The position numbers were made by a program, and so were the translations under genes. Source: Oikopleura dioica (lineage: Eukaryota > Animalia > Chordata). Taken from it: a stretch of 64,000 nucleotides of DNA. The stretch is from contig OU015566.1 in the NCBI GenBank assembly GCA_907165135.1, forward strand, positions 8,184,001-8,248,000, given 5' to 3'. Shown in pieces: positions 1 through 12,697 of the stretch. Numbering within the stretch: the first letter of the stretch is position 1; every line of letters starts with the position of its first letter. The notes under the pieces were generated by a model. That model was not told where the DNA came from. It worked only from the letters and a program-made list of their open reading frames with translations, and made no database searches.

Positions 1-3000
1 TGGGTATGACAGGAAGATAACCGATAACAAACATCGTGATGTTGAACTCCGTATCTGGTTCAAGGCCTTTGATAATTAAGTTGTCTTTTGTTGGTGGAAG
101 TATCGAGCTTGACATTTGAGCTGGTTTCGGATCGATTTTGATAACAGTTCCCCTAGACCCCTTTGGATTTTGCCATCCAAGTTGGAACTCAGTCGTCATC
201 GGTCGAACTGCATGCGGTGGAGGAAGTGGACCAGTTGAGACAACGATTTTGACGATGTTTGATTTGTAGTTAGAACCGCCTTTTCCAATACCGCGAATAT
301 TGATGTTATGTGTCGAACCACCTCGCAAACCACCAACAGCCGTTTGAACACAGTTTTCACCGCGACCGCCGCATTGGGGGATCCCGGCAGCCTCGAACGA
401 CTCCCAAATGCTCAAGTCCATGTAAAGACCATTCTTGAAACTCTCTGACTCCGGCCACACGGTTATTTCATAGCCGGCAAAATCATCGTTTTTCAATCTT
501 ATCAATTGTGTTGAGCGTGATTTTGTGTTGGCGGCTAGCATAATGCCAAGTTTTGGAAGTGTGCGGAAGGTGGCCTCGGAGTTGTATTCTTCAATATTGT
601 CACCGTCTTTAGTGATTGTTTTGAGAGTGATCTTGTAATCTGTATCTGGGCTGACAAATCGAATGAATTTGATTTCTGTTACTGTAGTGTTTCCATTTGT
701 ATGTGTTTGAATTGGAGGCTCGACATTGACTTCAAATGTCAAGAGGTTTTCGACGGCGCCCCATCTGACGTGGAACTCATCAGTTCCGACAGAAACAATT
801 TCAATGCATGGGCCAGGTCGAACGACAAGATTATCAATGGCAATGTCAGATTTGAAGTTGTCCCCTCTCGTGGCAAAAACGTCAAAGGCAACTTGAAAGC
901 TCTCATTTGTTGGTCTGTAGTTATACCTCAAGTTGTTCCATAAGTTTCCTTTGTCGCCTTTCAGTACGACGAGTTCTCTGCGAGAAGCTTTATCATCGTC
1001 TTCTTCTTCGTCGTCTTCTTCGCCTTCGAGGGTAGTTTTGATATCCAAGACTTGGCTCTGCGTTTTTTCTAGAGCAGTGATAGCTAAGGAGCCAGTTCCA
1101 GATCCCCACATGTGATAGTCGAGGGATACACAGTACGGAATCGATGCCATGGGAATAGATTTGATTCGAGCTCCTTGTCCATTTTCGACATCTGACGCCT
1201 CGAGGTACAAGTACTGATCAGCTTGGTCGTAATTTTTAGTTATGATGGGTCCGCGACCAGCTTCTGGCCCAGTCTCGTCAGATGGAGTACGAGAAGCCGT
1301 CCGTTTAAAATCTACTGCATCGATTCGTCCACCCAGTTGACTCCAGCCGCATTGATGAATGTTCTTCTTGTTCATGTCGCACATTTCAAGGCCTTTTGGA
1401 AGAGCCAAATCAGCAACAAGTGCTTCGACACGTTGTTCAAGACTGTTTTCATCGAATTGTTTGACAGCGTTGCAGTCGCTGGGAATCAAGGAAATTTCAT
1501 CAAGACCAATGTCCGATTTGTACGAATTTCCTCGAGTTGCCTCAAATAGGAACATGAACGGTCCCTTATTATCTTTTTTGACACTGATTCTTGCGTTGAT
1601 CCAGTTTTTGCCCTGATCTCCACTTTTATACCAAATCATAGTTGATTTATCGGGTCGTTGGCCATTTCTGATCATGTAAACTTTCAACTCTCCCATTGGA
1701 CTTCTGACGGTACTGGTAGTCCACATATGGTAGTAGAAATTCAGACAGTAATCAGAGTCCATCTCGAATTTTTTCGTCGCGATCATTGCATTATCACCGG
1801 GTCTGGCAGGTTTGGAAGCTTCAAGGAAAATATAACCTCCTTTTCCAGACACATCAGTCTGTGGACCAGTTCCTTCAGTAGGAGTGTAGCCCGAATGAAC
1901 AATCCAATCATGCTTTGCCATTCCTGGAGATTGTCTCATCGCACATTTATCGTCAAGACCTTTGTTGAAGTTGCAAGACCAACCATCACAAGGATGCATA
2001 TTACAGCTGCGGTTTTCTTTGAAGTCTCCGTTGCACTTTTCAATATTCTTCAGAGTGCACTCTCGCTCTCGGATCTGGACACCGCCACCGCAAGTATGCG
2101 AGCATTGATTCCATCCAGTCCAATCCGTCCAGATTGAGCATCTTGAGTTTGTGACTCGTACGTCATCGATGGCCATATCGCCTCTGTAACCATGACCACG
2201 CTCTCCTTCGATCGTGATGAAAACACCTTTGCCAGCTTTGGACGCGATTCTTTTGACGGCGTCCATTTGCATCTCGTCTTGCATCGTCTGGATGTATTCA
2301 AGCATATCAGCAAAATCGGCGTCGGTCATAAGAATACCAGTTGCTCCATTTCCATCACTTCCGGTGTGATGTATGGCAACATCATTGTCATAAGCTTGAC
2401 GTCGTTTTCGGGATTCGGACATCTCCGATTCGCTGCTTTCATAATCTTCTGTCTCGTAATCATAAATTGGAAGCCCATCCGATGATGACCCTTTTGATGA
2501 TGTGAGAATAGTCGGGTCAAATTGGTAAGCATCCTCTTTGACCTCCTCTCCGTAAGAGAAACTGTCTTTTCCAGCATCATTCAAGAAAAATTTCGGCTCG
2601 ATTTCTACCTCCATTCGGTACCATTTATCAAGTCGTTCGCCACTTTGCTCCCACAGTACACGTTCCAGTCCGTTTTCACCAAGTTTGATCTTTGCTCGTA
2701 GACTTCCTGTTTCTTGGCCATACATGTGATACCAGAAAGACAGACAGTGTTCTGTCTCAGTGAGTGGCGGAAGCTTGAGCTGAAGACGATCTCCTCTCAC
2801 GGCGGGCTGTGATGCTTCGAGGAAGAGGTACATTCCGGAACCAGTTGTGTGATCACCGATTGGACCTGTTGATTTACTTGGAGTCTGTCCCTTGTTCAGA
2901 TTCCATTTCTGCTCTGTTTCGCCGTGGGTTGCGCCACAAAGATGCTCATTTTCAAAAGCACACTCGTATGTCTCGACAAGTTCCAAATCGTCAGCGGAAC

Positions 3001-6000
3001 ATCCTTTTTTGAGGTTCAGGTTTTGCCATTTTCACCTAACTTTGATTGTAAAATAAATTGATAAAATAAAATAATTGAACCATTCCTTTGGTGATGTTTA
3101 AATTATCAATAAGAATATCCGACCATTCTCCATAGACCCAACCCTCAAAGATAAACTTCACTGCGTCGAGGTTCGTGATCGTGGCTAAAACCGCAAACGT
3201 GAAAAATATGTTTTTGAAGAACGCCAGTGTTCCGTCTTATGACGTAAAGAAAATTCCAGAATTCGTAATAATTATGGGCGCGGAGAATTAGAAAGTTATC
3301 ACGGAACCAAGTGGCCACTCCAGAAATTTTATCAGAGTCATCTCTGAGCCGGGCGAGACCGGATGAGGGCAGTTCTAGCTCTAGGTTCTTTTTGAACGAA
3401 ATTCAGATGGATTCAATGCCTTACTTAGAAAAAGGATCTTCTTTTACGAGGTACTTACGTTCCCATTTGAGGTGCTTGTTCTTCCAGTTAATCCCCTGTT
3501 TGCCTGTAATTTCAGTCAAAAGAGACGGGACAATATCGCCTCGATTATTTATCTCCACGGATTTGACATTCAACGTTCCCATCTGATCAGTCGAGTGCAT
3601 GAGATAGTCAAAGTTAATGCACTTGGAAGTCGGGCTAAGCCACGGTGTCATAATTGAAGCTGTGTCAGCCACTTGCCGATCCTTGCTGTTGAAGAAAAGC
3701 CATCGATCTAAAATTGACCGGGTTGATGAAAAATAATGCAAAACAAATGTATAACACCAAGCATGCAGTACCTTAGAAAGGCAATTTCAAAATTAATTTT
3801 GTAAAAAACTTGCAGATGTTTTTTTTTACAATCTGAGATTGTAACTTCCAGCTTCGCATATCTCAGTGGATAGAGAAGAAAAACGAGCATGGCGGCTTCA
3901 GAATTATGAAAACAGGAAACATAAAAATTTGGGGATACTCATTATTCCGGACTGACCCCCAGTTGATAATTTTTTTATTCATAACATGAAAAAAGCGTAA
4001 ACTTTACGAAATCAATTCCGTTGAATGAGTGTCTCTGTGTTTATGTCAAAGCGGCTTGTGGTCAAGTCCACCGTATCTTTACCGCAACGATAAAATACTA
4101 GCTCCGAAAATTAATTGATGTACCCGTTCTACTCGTAAAAACATTTGTTTTTGATCGAAACGATTATCCTAAACACATTATGAAACTAAACATAAACTGT
4201 TTATCATAAGTCGTTGGCAGCGACTAACCCTTTGCTGATGGAACATCCGCGAATGTTCAGCTCAAAAATAAAGGTAAGAAAATCTTGCGTAAGATTTCCA
4301 GCTTTTATGATTTCGTCTTCAGAAGAAATCGAGCCTTTTTACGCAGATTTACCTTCGTCGTCATCAGAACTACTAGTACCATTGTAGCCTAAATCTACAT
4401 CTGAGAATTTGATGCTCGAAGAAGAGGAGTAGTCGTCATAGTTCACTGAAAATCAAAATATTCTAGGGTTACTTGGATTCAACTGAAATCATAACTCCGA
4501 GATACCGCCAGTTCTCAGAAAAAAAATAATTTCATTTTACTGAAATTTTAATTTTATTGAAAATCTCGCAGCTGATTTTCAACATAAAAATTCGCGTTTT
4601 GAGTAGCTTTTGATTTACCTTCATCTGCACCTGAACGCGTCTGTTGAGGGTCGTTCTTTATAAAATATGTGGACCGAGTTAGTATACGTTGATAAATATA
4701 AAGTTTGTTAATAGTATGAAACAGTATGCTAATGTAGATTTTTACCAGCTTTTGAAGTGCTGTCTTTTTTGCTGCTTTTTTGATAGCCCGTTTTGTCAGA
4801 CTTAGAATAGCCACGCCCGACCTCCCATTTGAAATCGGCGATAAGACCTTCGCTTTCCATCCCGCAAACCGCATCATTCTTTTTGCTGTAGCTGTAGTGG
4901 AAGTCGCAGAAAAAGTCATCTTCTGTTTTCGCTGTCTTAGGACCGTAGTCGTTGCCTTGAATCGGTGGTGGGCCATCACCAGGCCAGTGAACAGTTTTGA
5001 AGCTGGCCTTGAATCCTCGCTTGTTCTTTCTTTTCTCATATTCTGGATTTTTTCCAGGAAACCATCCCGGTTCTGTGGCGAAAATAACGTACAGGGACTG
5101 GCCAGTAGAAGTGATTTTGAGATTAGTCTTTTGTCCGCAGATTCCTCTCCAGGCTTGTGCTTTTGGAGAATCTCCATCGTGAACGATAATTGCGTCATCT
5201 TCGCAAGTGTAGCTTTCATATAAATCGACCACGTCGAAAGTCAGCTCGACGAATGCACCCTTTCTAGCTGTGAGTTTCCAGGTGCAGTGTTCGCCTTTTT
5301 AAGTTTGAAAATAAATACGATTTAAAAAGTTAACTTTACTGGGCGAATGAACTCTCAAACTTTCCTTCCTCGTATCCATTTGGAAATTTATTGCTTTTGA
5401 AGGTGCCTTCAGTATCCAATTCACCACCACAAAACGCATAAGACGATTTGGAGCATGAATAGAGCCCGCGAACTTCCTCGATATCAAGAGGCGAGAGTCT
5501 GTCTCGCTGACCTATTTTAGGCTTGGGCATCGTTTTTGGAACGATTGTTTGGAGATACGGCTTCTTGTTCCAGGACAAGCGCGGGTAGTGAAGGACAGAG
5601 TTGTAATCGTAGACGACCAGGTTGTTCGTGACGGCCTTGTTGAAGTTAACTCTATAGTTGGAGCCAGGGACAATGTTGTCGAAAATAATGTCGACATAGT
5701 CGTCTCGATCCGATCTTGACTGTTCATGGTTAAAGCCGACAATGTGAAGCAGCTCGTGGATGATAATGCCCACTTTCATGCAATTGGGCTCTAAACAAGT
5801 GTTATCCCCTGCCCCAAGCAAACACCTGAGTCTGACAAAATTAGGCTTTATCTCCGGATTATCATCTTGCTAGAAACTTGAAGGTGAGTATCGCCCGCTT
5901 CAGCTTGCTAACGTTTCTTTACTTACGATCAAGGTAGATGTCATTTCTTCCTGTTCGCTTTCCGACCGATGCAGCACAACCTTGAACGGGGGCAATACGG

Positions 6001-7079
6001 ACGAAATCGTTTTCGTTACGTCTCTGCTCGAAAGAAATACAGGTGTATTTGCGGAGTACGTCCATGGCTTCTTGAATCAGATTGACGGAGGTCTGGTTGT
6101 ACTTGTTTCGTTCCATGAGGTATGGAATGCGGACGATACCATCGCGATCTTGGTGGAAGTTTTGAACTTAGTTTCAAAAATCAGATGTAAGTTAGTTACT
6201 CTAGAAGACTGGCCGTTGATTATCTATAGACTATAGTAAATCCATATTGATTTCGAACCAGCAATTAATAATTAGGTAGGTAGATCGATTTAAGAAACCT
6301 TCAAAAATATACATCGACGAAAAAATATTGTATATTATGGTTTTGAAAAAGAAAAAAATTTCAAAACTCTTCCTTTTGGCCAAAGTCGAGCAGGATCCTT
6401 GACTGCGTTCAGGATAGTTGCGATTTGTTCTTCCTCGTTCCTTGGCTGATGATCTACCGGAATGATAATATCGTCTTCAAGAAGAATGTGGTTGTCATTG
6501 TTCGCTTCGTCATCAGTAAAGAGCGTCTGTTCCAGCTCGACGTCCTGCTGAAGCTCAACAAAATCCGGTCGCCCCTCGAAAATCGCCGCACCATCATTTA
6601 CCCCCGCGGATTTGAGGGAAATAGAACTACCTTCATAAAGCTTTCCCGTTACTTTTTCCAGGCGCTTCATCGCCTTCTCTTGTTTTCTTTTCCATTTTGC
6701 TTCTTTTGCATTTGCTTCTGAGAGTCGTTCAAGGATGTCCTCAGTTTTTTCCTCGACGGATCTATTTGGATCACCAGCGTCGAGTGCCCCTATCAAAAAA
6801 TATGTTCAAGCTAAAATTTCGAGCTGCTCAAATGATTTTTTCTTAACTAAAAGAACGCTCTAATGAAAACATTTTGATTATTAAAGGAGCCGGTCTTCTA
6901 TCTTAGAAATCTAATTTTTATCATTAGTAAAAGTATGGTTCATCAAAATTTGGCAGCTTGATCTATTTATTCGTTATTTTGGCAGTATTGAAAAGTGCCA
7001 CTTTACTCAATTTTAAAAATAAGAATAAAACCGCCGACATACCAATTAGAAGACACCACCATATGGCGCAGTAGCGCAT
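1..7079 (-). CDS. Secreted astacin-family (M12A) zinc metalloprotease with CUB, four MAM, one TSP1 and FN3-like domains; 3' end lies outside the window
   Basis: First exon MRYCAIWWCLLI|GALDA (signal peptide, ATG 7079). Prodomain ORF 6335-6796. Astacin exons 5919-6116 and 5336-5821 with HELLHIVGFNHEQSRSDRD. CUB in ORF 4729-5232. MAM motifs (CINFDYLMH..MGTLNV in 3421-3741; FLEAS, CLSFWYHMYG, GDMAIDDV). TSP1 WTDWTGWNQCSHTCGGGVQIRERECT near 2130-2060. A ~1000-codon open exon 3003->1 has no stop before the edge and is therefore absent from the ORF track. Confidence 0.9.
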
Positions 7080-7977
7080 TGTTTCTGTTTTCTTTATCGA
7101 AACTCTCTCTAACTAAAGGTCTTCTTTCTTCCTCCTTATCTCTTTAAGAAAAAAAAGGTACACAGGTGTTGTGTTTTTCAGTAGTTCATAGTTAAGGCGA
7201 TTCCCCCACTGACGGATGATGGGGCAAAATTGAGAAAATGGAGGTGCTGGTGCCGTAAACGAGCGCTCTGGCGCCACCCCTCTTCACCAAAACGTCACCA
7301 CAAAGCCTAAATCAATTCATAATTAGTAGTACAGACACATCGCATCTATCAATCAAGATTGCATAATTATAGTTTGTCTATGATTCCTGCTTTCTAAAAT
7401 CACCAAATCCGGAGAAACGCAACCAAAGCACCGTCTTTTAGAGAAAATTCAAGACTGTATCTTTTCTGAACTGATATAATTTATAGCTTTTAAATAAAAT
7501 CTACTAAAAGAACGAAGGGTCCATTGCAAAATTTGACAAGCAAAATGCTCAAATGTCTGAATCCATCCAAATTGAACTGGGTCGCATCGTAATTTGACCA
7601 ATTTTATAGGCGATGTCACTTCTATTTTGGCTGAAAATACGACAATTCAATATGTTTCGAAAAGCTAAGAATTGCAAATTATCCCCTTGGATGGTAACAA
7701 AGACTTTAGTCAAAAGGATTTGCCTCGATTTTTGAAAAAATTCAAAAAAATTGCAGTAAATTAGGCGATTATATCATTTATCGACGAGGGCTGAAAATTA
7801 AACCGTATCTTTTTGACGGGAGATTTGATTGACGGAAATTTTTATTGGGAGGTTGTAAACTTGACCAGATCAAATCTGGATCGTACTTGGACAAGGTGTA
7901 TGTTTGTTTACGGTCAATAGTGAAAATACGCGTTTGTAGAAGCTTTGGCTAGACCAGAAAATCTCGCCGTCTTCAAG

Positions 7978-10900
7978 ATGGGCAAGAAGTTTCTTCCGTT
8001 TCTTTTTTCTTCATTTGTTAGAGCAATTTGCGTGAGAGAAGGCGCTAACGAATGCTGGCATTATACTGGCATCAATCATGATTTGGTGGTGAACACTTTA
8101 GGTTTGACAGAAAATCACATTCGACGAGCTTTCACGGATTTTTAAGGGGATAACTGTGGAAGGTATTTAAAAGCAAGCGAGTGGATAATCTTCCCAAATT
8201 ACTTCCAAGACGAGTCCATCGAAGATGCCGAAGCTCGACTCAATATCATCAGCGAAAGCTTGCCGCATCTCGACTACGAACAAAGGTTCACTGATTTTTT
8301 AACTCGTCTGAACTACAAAAGTACAGAAATAGATAAGAACGAGTTCAGTTTCTTTAATTGCTCCGGTTTAAATTCCGACTCTGCCCTTTAAATGAACGCG
8401 AAAGAAACTCGCAGAAGAAACGTAAAGGAATTTGTTAAGTGAATTGACTTGTGCGCTAATGTTCCCCAAATGTCAACGAAACATCTGCAGTACAAATTTG
8501 GCGTCGGGTTCTATTGAAAGCGATTATCATAATTCGAAAGACGTAGAAATAGAACCCTCGATAGAGCATACATATCTTTTCACTCAGTCGTATAATGTCA
8601 ATAAATGGAATTGCGAGAGAATTTCAAGTAAAAGTCGGCACATTTTCGATCCAATGAAAAAGTTAAAATATCTAAAAATTCAAAAAGAAGATAGAAATTT
8701 CTAACTAAAAAGATGCACACTGTCTTCACAAATGGTCAAGCTCGTCGAAAATCAAGATTTCACTGTGACGGTCTTCCAGAGTCGATTGAAAGAAAAATAG
8801 AAACAAAATCAATTCCATACACTCAGGGAGTTAACAGCGAAGAATGCCGACGGCGAGTGAAAACGCTCTATCATTTCAAAGACTGGATTTATGTTGAACG
8901 CTACTTGACTTGCTTGATAACTCTCTACGGCTCGAGCTCAATGAAGATTTATAAAATCGGAAGCTCAACTCGCAATTTGCCTCTTATCGCCGTAAAGGAG
9001 CCGGTTTTAAATTTTGAATAAAAGAAGTTCGAGTTTCGCTCCCTCTCTAAAATACCCTTGCAAAACAGATGCTTCCGAAAACCGTCGCTAAGATTACTGA
9101 GCCAGACACGGAAGAGACAAGAAGACATGCAAAGCCGAAAGTAAGACTGATGGGGAACATTCACGGAAACGAAGACCAGGTATTCACTAAATGAAATAAA
9201 CCCTTTTCAATTAATTCTATCGATCATTTTAGGGAATCTTCATTCTTCTGCCACTGATAAGAGACATTTTAGACGGCACACAAGAATATGCTCTCCTTAG
9301 AAAAAGCCTTGAATTGCACTTTTTGATTTCCGCAAATCCAGGTCAGTTCTAATATGTCGCATCGAGTGGGTTTTAATTATTTAGACGGATATCTACGTGC
9401 TCGAGCTACGTACCGCTCAAATGGAAAAATTTGCTGGGAACAGGTCACCAAAAACAATGTCATGCATAATGATGAGATTGGCGCCCTTTTAATGAACTTT
9501 CACGACATAAAAAGTGATTGAACGCGAATCGCGAAATGTCCGATTTATGTTCGCCACCATGGTGATCTATTTGAGACCTGTGGCCGCCAGAACCGGAATC
9601 GTGTTGATCTGAATCGCAATTTCCCGCTGCTCATAGAAGAGATCATAAAAACAAGAGAGCGTTTTGCTCAAACGGGATCACCCGTTTTTGCTGGTGCTGG
9701 AAATCAGGTAGCATTGGAATAAGCCAACTCATATCTATCTTTAGGTTTATATACCAATACCAAGCAGTTACTGGTCGTAAGTAACTACTGTAGTTCAGAC
9801 TCTGAATTTCAGAGAATGAATTTCAGAACTTGAACCTCTTATGCCTATTCTCCTGTATTTGATAACAAAACTTCAGCATCGGAAACGTGCAAGAGGAAAC
9901 GCTAAGCTTAATAAAGTGGACACGAAGCCGGAACTTTGTACTTTCCGGTAGGCTCTTAAATTTCACCACGAGTTTAATAAATCAAGTGCGCCCCGCCTTG
10001 TTAAGCATTATTTGGTACTTATAAACTGATTTCAGCGATGATTCATTCTGGTGCATGGGGCGCGTTCTAAAGCAGTTCATGCGCGAAAATAATCGAAAGC
10101 TGTGAGCTCCTTGGAGACACCGCATTTGCTTATTTTGGTGGTCGCGAAAAGTGACTACCAGGGGACTAGAACGCGCGCAAGGTCGTGAATTATCCTTATG
10201 ACACCTCAAAGCGTCACCCTTTGGCTGAGGCTCATGAAAATGAAGATGCCAATGCTTTCAAGAAGATTTCCAGGGACTTTGTCAAGCTTCACAAGACGTT
10301 GATAAAACAAGAGCCTTGCATGTAAGTTTTGATAGAGAATAATTTAATCAACTGCTTAGAAGCCGAGCTTTAGTTTGTTTTAGGCATGGAGCTGATGAGT
10401 TTTCGGAGAAGGGAATAACTAATGGTGCTGCATGGTATTCGACAATCGGCACACTTCAAGACTTCGAGTACATTGCGGAAGGAGTGATGTCTTTTACTCT
10501 CGAGCTTGGCTGCGAGAAGACAACTTCAAAGGCGAACCTTCCTGTTATCTATTCAGATGCGAAAGATGCAATGATTGACTTCATGCTATGGTTAAAAAAC
10601 TATTTTTATTCTCTGAAAGCAACCTTAGATCATAAATATTAACCAACTAAAAGTGGCATGGATACATGGGCATTAGGGGCAAAATCGAGGATGAAAAGGG
10701 CCGGGGAATTCCAAAAGCTGAAGTGTTCATTCAAGAGGTTCAAATTCATAAAAACAATCTTATGAGACTTCTCATTTCAAGAAATTTTGGAACGGAACGA
10801 CCGCGCTCAATCCATTGAGTACGCTAACTGATGATGATGGACACTACAACAAACTATTTTGGCCTGATGATATGACTGCCAGCATAACTTTATTCATCCA

Positions 10901-11103
10901 GGTTTTTAAGTAAGAATTAAGTCCATTTTTAACTAAAATTCTAGCACGAAAAATATCGAGAAAGAAGGTTCCCTTTCACGGACGAGTATCTCGCGTCGCT
11001 GAAAAATTTCCGAAGCTGTCGAAGAACATACAGTAGTCTAACAGACAGTTCCTGTAATTACGAGCTTCCAAAAGCGCTTGTTATCAAACTGCATAAACTC
11101 TAA
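7978..11103 (+). CDS. Metallocarboxypeptidase, M14B (CPE/CPN/CPD/CPM/CPZ-like) subfamily, multi-exon
   Basis: Signal-like MGKKFLPFLFSSFVRA. Spliced motifs KPKVRLMGNIHGNED (Zn ligands H/E), GRQNRNRVDLNRNFP, FVLS|AMIHSGAW|VVNYPYD (third Zn ligand), ITNGAAWY..LQDFEY, TLELGCEK (catalytic Glu), then a transthyretin-like GIRGKIEDEKGRGIPKAEVFIQ. Stop TAA 11101-11103. Confidence 0.85.
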
Positions 11104-12697
11104 CGCATGAGTAGACTTTCGTGACTTATTATTTCTTGGTGATGACATTTTATTTTCATAGAGAACCATTCATGTTCGCCGTTTGATGCCGTGAAATTCC
11201 CATTAAAAACATCGTAGGAACCTTGTTTTATCAAAATTTGTAACGCTCATCTTTCATGTTTCAGTTCGAAAGAGAGAAATCATTTGAATCGAGTTAAACT
11301 TTCAAGGTTAAAACTTATATCTTATAACAACAGTGTTGTTCGTTCAAATTTGTCGGATGATGGCCCTCAGAGCGCCAAGTTAACTATTAATGTCAGCAAC
11401 AGAGTAGTCTCTGGGCCAAAACCAAGGAGCAATTTATTTCCTCTTTTTCATATCAGTTGGTCACAAATTTTTCACAAGATTTTTAAATGCGCTCTTCATA
11501 TTCTTCCAATATTCGAAAGCGATGAGCCTAAAATCTCGCGACCGGCTCAGTCCATTAAGAGTCGTTAATAGAGAAAGTCCCCTGCAACAGTATAAGAAGA
11601 CAATTCAGAGAGTAAAATCTATCAAAGAGTATTGGACAGATTCGGAAGATGAACTTTCAGGTATAGAACCTTTCTTATTTGTCCTTGTTGATTTTTAGAG
11701 AGTGCCTTTATCTTGAGCTTTAATCTTATTATTATTCCATATGTCAGCATCCTGCGTGTTTATATTTTTTCAACTCATTGTCCTTAGCTGATTTCTAAGC
11801 GGTCTTATCTCAACAGACTTTGTCCATTTTTGATTCCCCGAAACCTGCCAGATTTTTCCTTGAAATGAGCAGAAATTATATCCAACTAAAGAAAAACTCT
11901 AAAGGTTTTTTTCCGCAACATAAGTCAAAGATAGATAGACTCTATGTTTTAGGATGTGTTCTCGCGTGTATTCTAGTACGCTTTGAATTATTAAAAAGTT
12001 TTACTAGAGATCGACAATGAACCATTATCGGCGCCATCCGTCGATGCTACAAAGTGTCTCAGCCTAACATGTGGTGTTTTTACAGTAAGTCAGAAACAAG
12101 CTCATCTCATCGACTCATAGTCGGTTGGCCGAGGAACCGCAAGATATACTGAAGTTACTCATGCTAAATGAATTAAATAGTTCTGTTGTGGAATGGTTGG
12201 CTACTCATTCTTCATTTATCTTCCAAAGCCACTAAAGACTGCTTCCCTTCTTTCCCAGGTATTTGTGGAACGCTTTTTCAAATCAAAACTTCTTCAGTCG
12301 TTATGGTTTATACTCCTGGGGATCGTCTTCCTTATCATTAGCCTTATTAGCGTTTATCATAATTCTTGCAACAACTCAGCAACCCAAGAAAGAGTTCAAA
12401 TAAACCCTTTATCTTCTATTTTCAAAGAATTATATTGCGAACTTATCTTTAGCACCGACACCAAAGCCCCAGGATTTGGATTTGATGAGTGGATCCAGCA
12501 CAGATGCAACAATGAATCCGAGAGGAAAGTGCTTCATTCAAACCATTGAATAATCGGAAGTAACAATCATGAAGCTTCAATAAAGATGTTATTGTCTACG
12601 ACGAAGCTTATGATGCAGAATTGCGCGAGACGGAACTGACATATGTTTGACTAAGAAGTTCTATGATGTTCTTTATTTATCGAGAAAACAGCAAAGA

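Noticed and set aside
701-3012. Numerous plus-strand ORFs of 60-160 aa
   Set aside because: They are antisense shadows of the long minus-strand MAM/TSP1/FN3 exon.
3004-3035. Start codon at 3029 or a homopolymer frameshift at 3005-3010
   Set aside because: A GA-AG intron 3004-3085 gives the expected MAM ending ITKGC in frame with the large exon.
11238-12640. Possible small plus-strand gene(s) between the carboxypeptidase and lysA
   Set aside because: Some exon-like stretches are present, but no consistent model or recognisable motif could be built.
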